Shown piece after piece: positions 56,095-64,000 of a stretch of 64,000 nucleotides of DNA (within the stretch, counting starts at the first letter, position 1; each line of letters starts with the position of its first letter). The position numbers and the translations under genes are program-made. The notes below the pieces were generated by a model. It saw only the letters and a program-made list of their open reading frames with translations, was not told the DNA's origin and searched no databases. Origin of the DNA: a virus; IMG/VR virus record IMGVR_UViG_3300045988_122050, positions 74,589 through 138,588 of that record; one strand, 5' to 3'.

Positions 56095-59000
56095 GTGAGC
56101 AGTTCATTACATACACATTCGCATTATTCATTGTTAGATGGATATGCATTACCTGAAGAAAACTTACAAAGAGCAGAAGAGATAGGACTAAAAGCCTTGG
56201 CTATCACAGAACATGGCAATGAGTATAGTTGGTGCTATTATGATAAGCTTCATGAGAAATATCCAAGTGTTAAATTGATTTTTGGAGTTGAATTTTATGA
56301 ATGCTTTGATATGACAAAACAGAATAAGGATAGCAAATATTTCCATTTAATTGTATTGGCAAAGAATGAGAATGGTAGAAAAGCAATTAATCAATTGGTA
56401 ACTGATTCAAATTTTCATGGATTTTACTACAAGCCACGAATTGATCTGAATGCGTTGAAACCATATGCTAAGGATCTGGTTGTGAGTAGTGCTTGTTTAG
56501 CATCTAAACTTGCTAGAGAGCCAGATTATCAGAAATGTGTTGAATATGTTCGTGAATACAAAGAGATTTTTCCACATTTTTATTTAGAAATGCAGTCACA
56601 TTCACATCAGGATCAAATGGTATATAATCAGAAAATTTTACAGCTTTCAGTAGACACTAATACACCATACATTATCACAACTGATAGTCACGCTGCTAGA
56701 AAAGAAGATTTATATTATCAGAACTGGCATGTTAAACTTGCTCACGATACTGAAACCGCAGCAGAAATTTACGAAGGATGTTATTTACAATCTGACGATG
56801 AAATTCATGCAATTATGGACAGTCAAATTGGAGAAGATGCAGTAACTAAAGGACTTGAAGAAACAGATAGGATTGCTGATATGATAGATGAAATCCACAT
56901 GCCATTTCAGGCACCTCAGTTGCCATCTTTCCCATTACCAGAAGGGTTTGAAGATAATTATTCTTATTTAAAGTATCTGATTGATACAGGGTGGGTAAAA
57001 CGAGGATTCGATAAATTACCAGAAGATGAGCAGAAACTCAGAAAAGAAAGAATTGATTATGAGTTAGATATTATTCATTCGATGGGATTCGATGGATACT
57101 TCTTGATTGTTTGGGATTTTATCAATTTTGCAAGAGAAAATGGTATTCCAATTGGTGCTGGTCGAGGTAGTTGTGCAGGTAGTTTGGTGTGTTACACGAT
57201 TACAATTACAGACTTAGATCCTATCAAATATGGACTGATTTTTGAAAGATTTTTAAATCCAGAGCGAATTTCAATGCCAGATACAGATACAGATGTTGGT
57301 ACACGAGATGAGATTATCCAATATTTGATCGATAAGTATGGCGAAAACAGAGTATGCCAGATTATCAATTTCAGTTTTATTACTCCAATTGTGGCAATCA
57401 AAGATGTTGGCAAGGTTTTAGGGTTCAATTATCACGAAATGGACAAACTAAGTAAAAAATTTGTATATGACACGATTGAAGAATCTTTATTGAATAACAG
57501 AGATTTAGCAGAGAATCCAAGATATGAAGAGCTTTTTGACGTTGCATCTCATCTTGCAGGTAGAGTAAAAACAGTATCTTCTCATGCAGGTGGTGTTGGA
57601 ATTGTAGATACAGATATTAGTGATTATATGGCAATGAAACTTGGAACTGATGGAGAACACGTCATCCAAGTAGATAAACGTATCGTTGAAGAGATTGGGA
57701 TTATTAAATTTGATATTTTGGGTGTTGCTACATTGAACACTGTAAAAGAAGCCGAAATTGACGCAGGGTTAACTGAGTTTGATGTAAATATTAACAATCC
57801 AAAGTTTGAAATGGACAAAGGATCATATGAATTATTGCGTAGTGCAATGACGAATGGTGTTTTCCAAGTCGAAAGTGCTGGTATGAAGGACTTGCTGGTT
57901 AGGTTGCAAGTCTCAAATATGGAAGAGTTGGCAGCTGTATTAGCACTGTATAGACCAGATGCAATGGATGTCTTAGAAGAATTCATTGAGTACAAACATC
58001 ACCCAGAGAAAATCACATATATCCATCCAGATATGGAGCCAATCTTAAAAGAAACGTATGGATGTATGATTTATCAGGAGCAATTACTTGATATTGTTCG
58101 TAAATTTGGTGGTCGAAGTTATGGAGGAGCCGACTTATTCCGTAAGGCGATTGGTAAAAAGAATATTGAACTTGTGAAGTCTGAATCTAAAAAGCTTTAT
58201 TACGAGATTATTGAGAATGGATACCCAGAAGAAATTGCAAAACAGATTAGTGAGACGTTATCCCAAAAAGGGGGATACTTATTCAATAAAAGTCATGCGT
58301 ATTCCTACGCTGTATTATGCTTGCAAACAGCGTTTTTAAAGAAACATTATGCGTTGTGTTTTTTTAAGGCATTATTGAATCGCAATAAAGATAAGGCAGG
58401 AATGGTAAATAAATATATTCTTGATGCCAAGGCGTTTAAGATTCAAGTGTTACCACCAAATTTAAATAAATCAATGATGAATTTCAGTATTGACGATGTG
58501 TATATATTGTTTGGATTATCGGCTATCAGTGGTATTGGAGAAAAAATTGCAAAGGTAATTCTTGAAGACCGTGATAAAAATGGTAAATTCATAGGATTTG
58601 AAAACTTTTGCGAACGTATTAATCCAAGTAAATCACAGGTTATTCAGTTGATCAAAGCAGGTGCAATTCCAACAAAGAATAAACGTAAAACTTTAATTCA
58701 GTATTTGAAATCTATGTATCAGCCAACAACATTCAAGCCAGTTGCAAAAGCACCGAGTTACAAACAATTACTTATTAAATGGGATATTGACGCTGAAGAT
58801 TACCGTATAGGTGAGAAGAAATATGATTATGACAAAGATGCAATATTAAAAGCTTACAACGATAAAAAGTATGAATTGTATAAAGATAAGGAAAAAGAAC
58901 GATTTCAGAAATTTATCGCACAGAATCAAAAATATCTTGAGAATGAAGATTTTTGGGAATTTGAAGCATTGCAAATCTTTATCAACGATAACCCATTTGA

Positions 59001-59328
59001 TCAGGCATACAAGTATATGTCAAAACAATTTCAAGATGTTGAAAATGGAGATGATTGCACTGTGGTTGCAGTGATCGCTAAAGTCGATAAAAAGAAAGAC
59101 AAAAATAAAAAGACATTTGCGTATGTGAATTTATATTCTAGTTTTGGATTGACTGAGGCAATCGTCTGGCATTCGCAATTAAAAGAATATGAAGATATGA
59201 TTGCCAAAGGAAATCAGATTGCGATGTTATGCAGAAAAGATTCAGACGAGAAGGTTATCGCAAAGAAAATTAAACCATACAAACAATGGCTAGAAGATAT
59301 TAAGAAAGTGAAGGGGGTTGTCGCCTAA
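56095..59328 (+). CDS. dnaE: DNA polymerase III alpha subunit (DnaE-type, PHP domain)
   Basis: HTHSHYSLLDGYA (PHP), GRGSCAGSLVCYTITITDLDPIKYGLIFERFLNPERISMPDTDTD, FDILGVATL; GTG start. Confidence 0.85.
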   Translation: MSSSLHTHSHYSLLDGYALPEENLQRAEEIGLKALAITEHGNEYSWCYYDKLHEKYPSVKLIFGVEFYECFDMTKQNKDSKYFHLIVLAKNENGRKAINQLVTDSNFHGFYYKPRIDLNALKPYAKDLVVSSACLASKLAREPDYQKCVEYVREYKEIFPHFYLEMQSHSHQDQMVYNQKILQLSVDTNTPYIITTDSHAARKEDLYYQNWHVKLAHDTETAAEIYEGCYLQSDDEIHAIMDSQIGEDAVTKGLEETDRIADMIDEIHMPFQAPQLPSFPLPEGFEDNYSYLKYLIDTGWVKRGFDKLPEDEQKLRKERIDYELDIIHSMGFDGYFLIVWDFINFARENGIPIGAGRGSCAGSLVCYTITITDLDPIKYGLIFERFLNPERISMPDTDTDVGTRDEIIQYLIDKYGENRVCQIINFSFITPIVAIKDVGKVLGFNYHEMDKLSKKFVYDTIEESLLNNRDLAENPRYEELFDVASHLAGRVKTVSSHAGGVGIVDTDISDYMAMKLGTDGEHVIQVDKRIVEEIGIIKFDILGVATLNTVKEAEIDAGLTEFDVNINNPKFEMDKGSYELLRSAMTNGVFQVESAGMKDLLVRLQVSNMEELAAVLALYRPDAMDVLEEFIEYKHHPEKITYIHPDMEPILKETYGCMIYQEQLLDIVRKFGGRSYGGADLFRKAIGKKNIELVKSESKKLYYEIIENGYPEEIAKQISETLSQKGGYLFNKSHAYSYAVLCLQTAFLKKHYALCFFKALLNRNKDKAGMVNKYILDAKAFKIQVLPPNLNKSMMNFSIDDVYILFGLSAISGIGEKIAKVILEDRDKNGKFIGFENFCERINPSKSQVIQLIKAGAIPTKNKRKTLIQYLKSMYQPTTFKPVAKAPSYKQLLIKWDIDAEDYRIGEKKYDYDKDAILKAYNDKKYELYKDKEKERFQKFIAQNQKYLENEDFWEFEALQIFINDNPFDQAYKYMSKQFQDVENGDDCTVVAVIAKVDKKKDKNKKTFAYVNLYSSFGLTEAIVWHSQLKEYEDMIAKGNQIAMLCRKDSDEKVIAKKIKPYKQWLEDIKKVKGVVA

Positions 59329-61591
59329 AGTGGTGGATAGTACAAAAGAATATGAGTTTGAGATTGTCCCATTATATCAGATTTATTATAATGAAGAATC
59401 TTTATTTGGGATTTACACATTCTGTACAGCAGAAGATTTGCCAGAATGCAAACCATATAACAATAATGATTTTGATGACTTATCCGATAAAAAAATGAAT
59501 AAATGTGGCAAATTGGTTGGTAACATGCAGGAGTTGTATTTAGGAACGAAATATAAAGTTAAAGCCAATATGACATATTCTAAGAAATACAATGAATACC
59601 AATATAAACCACTTTCTATAGTTGCTGAAGTTCCTAAAACTTTTGAAGCCCAAAAGGTATTTTTAAAAACACAGACGAATGCAACGATCGCAGATCAGTT
59701 AATTGCGAAATACCCTAATGTTGTTGAAGATGTAATGAATGGTCAGTTAGAAATGATTGACCATTCAGAAATCAAAGGATTGGGAGATAAGACTTGGAAG
59801 AAACTTAGAGATAAAATTATTAAAAATTATGTGATTTCTGATATTGTTGTAATGTTACAACCATATGGAGTTACATTACCAACGATTGAAAGATTATTGA
59901 AATCCGAACCTAATCCAAGTGTCTTAAAAAAGCAGATTGAACAAAATCCATATATACTAACTAGAGTAAAGGGTATGGGGTTTAAACGAGTTGATGATAT
60001 TGCACTCAAATTAAAACCAGAATTGCGATGCTCAAATCAACGGTTAAATGCATTTATTTCTTACGACTTGCATCAAGTTGGTGATAATGATGGACATACA
60101 TATGTATATATCAAAAATTTAAGAAGCGATATTAGTAATGCAGCTTCTGAATGTTTACCTATATTTGACGAATGGCTTGATGAAGAATCGGATAAAAAAT
60201 TACCAAATTATTTATATACATCTGGAGATAAAATTGGTCTGAAATCGTATCATAAAATTGAAATGGATATTTACGAATTAATTAAAGATATGGAGAAATA
60301 TTCATTTGGAAACACGACAGATTACGAACCAATAACAGATAATGAGATTAGTCAGACGATTTCTGAGGTTGAAGATGAAGAAGGATTTATGTTTTCAGAA
60401 GAGCAAATTACAGGAGTTAACAAAGCATTAAATTGTCAAGTTGTGTTTATTTCTGGAGAAGCTGGAACTGGTAAAACAACAATTCTGAAACCAATTATAA
60501 AATGCTACCAAAAAAGAAATAATAGCATTGTTGCGTGTGCATTATCTGCAAAAGCAGCCCAAAGAATTAAAGAAGCAACAGGCTTAGACTCACGGACTAT
60601 TCATAGGTTACTTGTAGCAGAAGGTATTGATAGTTTTTGTTATAACCAAGATAACCCATTACCTGCTGATGTAGTAATTATGGACGAAAGTAGCATGACA
60701 AATGCGAGCCTTTTCTATAATTTTTTATTAGCAATTCGACCAGGAACACGATTAATTTTTTGTGGTGACTATATGCAGTTGCCACCAATTGGATTTGGTA
60801 ATATTTTCTCGGATCTGTTAAAAAAGAAAGGTTTAAATAGTGTGCAGCTTACCAAACCGATGAGACAAGCAGAAAAATCTGGTATTTTAACGGATGCAAG
60901 AAAGATTCGCAGAGGGATTAATCCATTGGATAGCCCACAATTAAAAATTGTTCATGGTGAACTAAATGATATGTTTTATTTGTTCAGGAAGAATAGAGAA
61001 TCGTTATTTAACATGGCAGTAAAGCAGTATATTAAATCTGTTAAAGAGGAAGGGCTTGATAATGTTGTGATTATTTCCCCACGAAGAAGCAATTGTACGA
61101 ACAGTACAGATGAATTGAATAAAGCAGTACAGAAAGAATTATTTGCTAGTAGTAATAAACCATTTGTTGAATTCAAAGATCGTAAATACTATTTGGGAGA
61201 TAAGGTATTACAGACCTCAAATGATTACGAGCGAGATGTATTCAATGGTGATATTGGATACATTACAGCGATTGATAAAGAAAAAGAAATATGTTTGGTA
61301 TCTATGAATGCAAATATCGAAGAGAAGATGATTGAATATTCTTTTGCTCAGTTAGGGCAACTGCAATTAGCATATGCATTAACCACGCATAAACTTCAAG
61401 GATCGGCTGCACAAACTGTGATCGGTATTATTGACAATACGCATTACAAATTGCTTGATAACTGTATGTTATATACGATGTTGACACGAGCTAAGAAAAG
61501 ATTTGCGCTCCTTGCAGAACCAGAAGCGTTCAAAAGATGTATCGTGACAAATCATAATAAGAGACGCACATGGCTGAGCTTAAAAAATTAA
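59318..61591 (+). CDS. RecD-like SF1 DNA helicase with N-terminal HhH domain
   Basis: Walker A ISGEAGTGKTT, Walker B VIMDESSM, motif VI ALTTHKLQGSAAQTV. Confidence 0.75.
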   Translation: MSPKVVDSTKEYEFEIVPLYQIYYNEESLFGIYTFCTAEDLPECKPYNNNDFDDLSDKKMNKCGKLVGNMQELYLGTKYKVKANMTYSKKYNEYQYKPLSIVAEVPKTFEAQKVFLKTQTNATIADQLIAKYPNVVEDVMNGQLEMIDHSEIKGLGDKTWKKLRDKIIKNYVISDIVVMLQPYGVTLPTIERLLKSEPNPSVLKKQIEQNPYILTRVKGMGFKRVDDIALKLKPELRCSNQRLNAFISYDLHQVGDNDGHTYVYIKNLRSDISNAASECLPIFDEWLDEESDKKLPNYLYTSGDKIGLKSYHKIEMDIYELIKDMEKYSFGNTTDYEPITDNEISQTISEVEDEEGFMFSEEQITGVNKALNCQVVFISGEAGTGKTTILKPIIKCYQKRNNSIVACALSAKAAQRIKEATGLDSRTIHRLLVAEGIDSFCYNQDNPLPADVVIMDESSMTNASLFYNFLLAIRPGTRLIFCGDYMQLPPIGFGNIFSDLLKKKGLNSVQLTKPMRQAEKSGILTDARKIRRGINPLDSPQLKIVHGELNDMFYLFRKNRESLFNMAVKQYIKSVKEEGLDNVVIISPRRSNCTNSTDELNKAVQKELFASSNKPFVEFKDRKYYLGDKVLQTSNDYERDVFNGDIGYITAIDKEKEICLVSMNANIEEKMIEYSFAQLGQLQLAYALTTHKLQGSAAQTVIGIIDNTHYKLLDNCMLYTMLTRAKKRFALLAEPEAFKRCIVTNHNKRRTWLSLKN

Positions 61592-61600
61592 CTTTATATT

Positions 61601-61638
61601 TTGCACCTATTGACAGGGTGCAAGAAGTATGATAAGAT
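61601..61638 (+). promoter_or_regulatory. second copy of the operator-flanked promoter (TTGCACC-TTGACA-GGTGCAA ... TAAGAT)
   Basis: near-identical to 21836-21873. Confidence 0.5.
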
Positions 61639-61668
61639 ACCAATATGCTAAGGAAAGGAGATGTGAAA

Positions 61669-62307
61669 ATGAGAAAAAGATTTTTAATGAAAGTTGTCTC
61701 ATTTAGTTTTTTAGCAATGTGTTCGGGCTTTATGACTCACACGGTTAAAGCAGAGGAGCGACCCTCGGTAGAGGCTTCAACCTTATCAACAGAGACAACT
61801 GTTGCAGAAAATAAGCAAGGCAATGTGATTTCAGACAATCCAATCAGCCAAAGCGTTGCATTAAAAGATGTTCATGAGCATTATCAAAAATGTAAGAAAG
61901 CCGATGAAGAGAAGGCAAGGCAGATTCGATTAGAAAAGCTTCGGAAGAAACGATTGCGAATTAAACGACAACGGCTGAGGCGAAAGCAAGAACTTGAAAA
62001 GAGTTCGCTTGGAACATTTTTGATCACGGCATATTGTCCATGTTATGAGTGTTCTGAAGGATATGGATCTAAGATTTCTTGGAATCATGCAGGACATAAA
62101 TTTGCTCGACCGTATCATACGATTGCGGTTGATAAAAACATTATCCCTTATGGAACAAGAGTTAAGATTGAGGGATATGGCGATACAATCTTTGTGGCAG
62201 AAGATTGCGGAGGTAAAGTAAAAGGAATGCATGTAGACGTGTTCAAATCAACACATTCCGAAACAATAAATGTGCAACAGCACAGAAAAATATATGTAGT
62301 GAAGTAA
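61669..62307 (+). CDS. secreted 3D-domain protein (MltA/YuiC-like peptidoglycan-hydrolase fold)
   Basis: signal peptide MRKRFLMKVVSFSFLAMCSG; 3D motif ITAYCPCYECSEGYG...TIAVDKNIIPYGTRVKIEGYGDTIFVAEDCGGKVKGMHVDVF. Confidence 0.65.
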   Translation: MRKRFLMKVVSFSFLAMCSGFMTHTVKAEERPSVEASTLSTETTVAENKQGNVISDNPISQSVALKDVHEHYQKCKKADEEKARQIRLEKLRKKRLRIKRQRLRRKQELEKSSLGTFLITAYCPCYECSEGYGSKISWNHAGHKFARPYHTIAVDKNIIPYGTRVKIEGYGDTIFVAEDCGGKVKGMHVDVFKSTHSETINVQQHRKIYVVK

Positions 62308-62390
62308 TTGGCAGTTACTGAAAGACATAGAAACACAAATTAAAATAATTAACTAAACAATATAAACAAGAAAAGGAAAATCCAAAAATT

Positions 62391-64000
62391 ATGAAAACTG
62401 AATATGTGAAAGAAATGAATGTCTTGATCGACAGAATCAATGATGCTTCATATGCGTACTACGCAGAGGATAATCCGATCATTTCAGATAAAGAATTTGA
62501 CGATTTATGCGCTGCTTTAGAACGACTTGAGAGAGATTCTGGCGTTGTTTTGAATAATTCGCCTATCCACCACGTTCAAGGATTTATAATTGATTCTCTG
62601 GCTAAAGTAAAGCATACACGCCCAATGTTATCAGCTCAGAAGACGAAGGATGTCAATGAGGTCAAAAAATTTCTTGCGGATAAAATTGGTGTTTTATCGT
62701 GGAAAGAAGATGGTTTGACGGTGGTACTAAGGTACGAAAAAGGACGCTTAAAACAAGCAATTACAAGGGGAAATGGCGAAATTGGAGAAGATGTGACTCA
62801 TACAGCACGTATGATTTTCAATTTACCTCTTGAGATTCCTGATAAGCGTAGTATTGAGGTACGTGGCGAATCAGTTATTAGTTATGAAAACTTCCAGAAA
62901 ATCAATGAAGCGTTGCATGGTAAATACAAGAACGCAAGAAATCTGGCAGCAGGTACAATCAGGCAGTTAGATGCGAATGTAGCAAAGGAAAGAAAACTTG
63001 CTTACAAAGCATTTGAGTTAGTCAAAATTGATGGCGTATCTGAGGAAGAAATGCCAAGTATTGCAGATAGTTTTAAATATCTTGCGGAGCAGGGATTTGA
63101 CGTTGTAGAACATCAGATTGTTAATCGAGATAATGTCGAAGAATATATTGAAAAATTTGATCCAGAGACATATGAATATCCTGTTGATGGTCTGATTTTC
63201 ACTTATAACGATTATCAGTATGGTAAATCACTTGGAACAACAGGACATCATCCATTAAATATGATGGCGTTAAAGTGGATCGATGACCTTTACGAAACAA
63301 CAATCAGAAATATTGAATGGAATACATCTCGTACAGGGTTGATTAATCCAGTCGCAGTATTTGATCCAGTTGATCTTGATGGTGCAGAAACTACAAGAGC
63401 CACATTACATAATGTAAGTTACATTGAAGGATTAGAACTTGGTGTAGGTGATACGATTCAGGTTTATCGTAGCAATATGGTAATTCCAAAAGTACACGAT
63501 AATCTGACAAGAAGCAATACATTCAAGATTCCAGATACTTGTCCAACCTGCGGTGGCGAAGCAAAAATCATCAATGAAAATGGTAGCAAAGTTTTAAAAT
63601 GCATGAATCCTGACTGCAAGGCAAAGCTATTAAGCAAGTTTGTGAACTTTGTTTCCAGAGATGCAATGAATATTCAAGGTTTATCTGAGGCAACACTGAA
63701 AAGATTTATTGATCTTGGATGGCTGAAAGATTATACAGATATTTATAATTTAGTAGAGCATAAATTTGAGATGAAGAACCTTGATGGATTTGGTGCAAAA
63801 AGTGTTTCTTCCTTATTAAATAGCATCGAGGAAAGTCGCAGATGTAAACTGGTTAATTTCGTAACAGCACTTGGTATTGAGCTTGTCGGGAAGTCAACGG
63901 CAAAGGATATTTGCAAGCTTATTGATAAGATTTCTCTATTGAATAACGAAAATCCATACGATGTGTTTATTAAAAGAATCAAACAGAGGAAATACTTTGG
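62391..64000 (+). CDS. ligA: NAD-dependent DNA ligase LigA (3' end truncated by window edge)
   Basis: N-terminal LIDRINDASYAYYAEDNPIISDKEFDDL, KxDG adenylation motif (WKEDGLTV), Cys4 zinc finger CPTCGG...CMNPDC, HhH GFGAKSVSSLL; absent from the ORF track because it has no stop in the window. Confidence 0.85.
   Translation, partial: MKTEYVKEMNVLIDRINDASYAYYAEDNPIISDKEFDDLCAALERLERDSGVVLNNSPIHHVQGFIIDSLAKVKHTRPMLSAQKTKDVNEVKKFLADKIGVLSWKEDGLTVVLRYEKGRLKQAITRGNGEIGEDVTHTARMIFNLPLEIPDKRSIEVRGESVISYENFQKINEALHGKYKNARNLAAGTIRQLDANVAKERKLAYKAFELVKIDGVSEEEMPSIADSFKYLAEQGFDVVEHQIVNRDNVEEYIEKFDPETYEYPVDGLIFTYNDYQYGKSLGTTGHHPLNMMALKWIDDLYETTIRNIEWNTSRTGLINPVAVFDPVDLDGAETTRATLHNVSYIEGLELGVGDTIQVYRSNMVIPKVHDNLTRSNTFKIPDTCPTCGGEAKIINENGSKVLKCMNPDCKAKLLSKFVNFVSRDAMNIQGLSEATLKRFIDLGWLKDYTDIYNLVEHKFEMKNLDGFGAKSVSSLLNSIEESRRCKLVNFVTALGIELVGKSTAKDICKLIDKISLLNNENPYDVFIKRIKQRKYF

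Noticed and set aside
1-64000. CRISPR arrays, rRNA genes, IS elements or transposases
   Set aside because: No regularly spaced direct repeats with unique spacers, no rRNA-like sequence and no DDE or HTH transposase motifs were seen. The repeats found are short regulatory or duplication repeats only.

Overview
This window reads as a low-GC (AT-rich) Firmicutes-type phage or prophage segment. Almost all genes are on the + strand and are tightly packed or overlapping. No capsid, terminase or tail genes are present, so the window appears to cover only early, regulatory, accessory and replication regions. From 5' to 3' it contains: (i) a 413-nt non-coding leader; (ii) about 8 kb of very small acidic early genes, many sharing a near-identical translation-initiation motif GAAGGTGGAAATTATG; (iii) a hicA-hicB toxin-antitoxin pair under a strong sigma70 promoter; (iv) an anti-repressor/regulatory block with three Bro-N-domain proteins (one broken by a G6 frameshift), a GIY-YIG-domain protein, a DnaD/replisome-organiser-like protein, a tyrosine recombinase and a metallophosphoesterase; (v) an even more AT-rich insert carrying a solitary MazF/PemK-like toxin behind an operator-flanked promoter; (vi) an accessory island encoding a 689-aa unknown protein, an RlmN/Cfr-family radical-SAM methyltransferase, a flotillin (FloT-like SPFH protein) and a membrane-anchored PspA/IM30-like protein split by an A6 frameshift; (vii) a promoter-driven tRNA-like gene whose anticodon arm carries a ~76-nt insertion, next to the only minus-strand gene (an XRE/cI-like repressor) with palindromic operators; (viii) middle genes including an NrnA-like DHH/DHHA1 phosphoesterase, two paralogous sigma-70-family factors, a PF10127-type nucleotidyltransferase coupled to a HigA-like HTH protein, a nucleoside 2-deoxyribosyltransferase-like protein and a PcfJ-like protein; (ix) a replication module with a possible SSB, an AAA_24/Sak4-like ATPase, a DnaB-like helicase, a DnaG-like primase, a RecJ-like DHH exonuclease, a DnaE-type Pol III alpha, a RecD-like helicase, a secreted 3D-domain protein and a 3'-truncated NAD-dependent ligase. 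All functional calls rest on motif recognition by eye; no database search was run.
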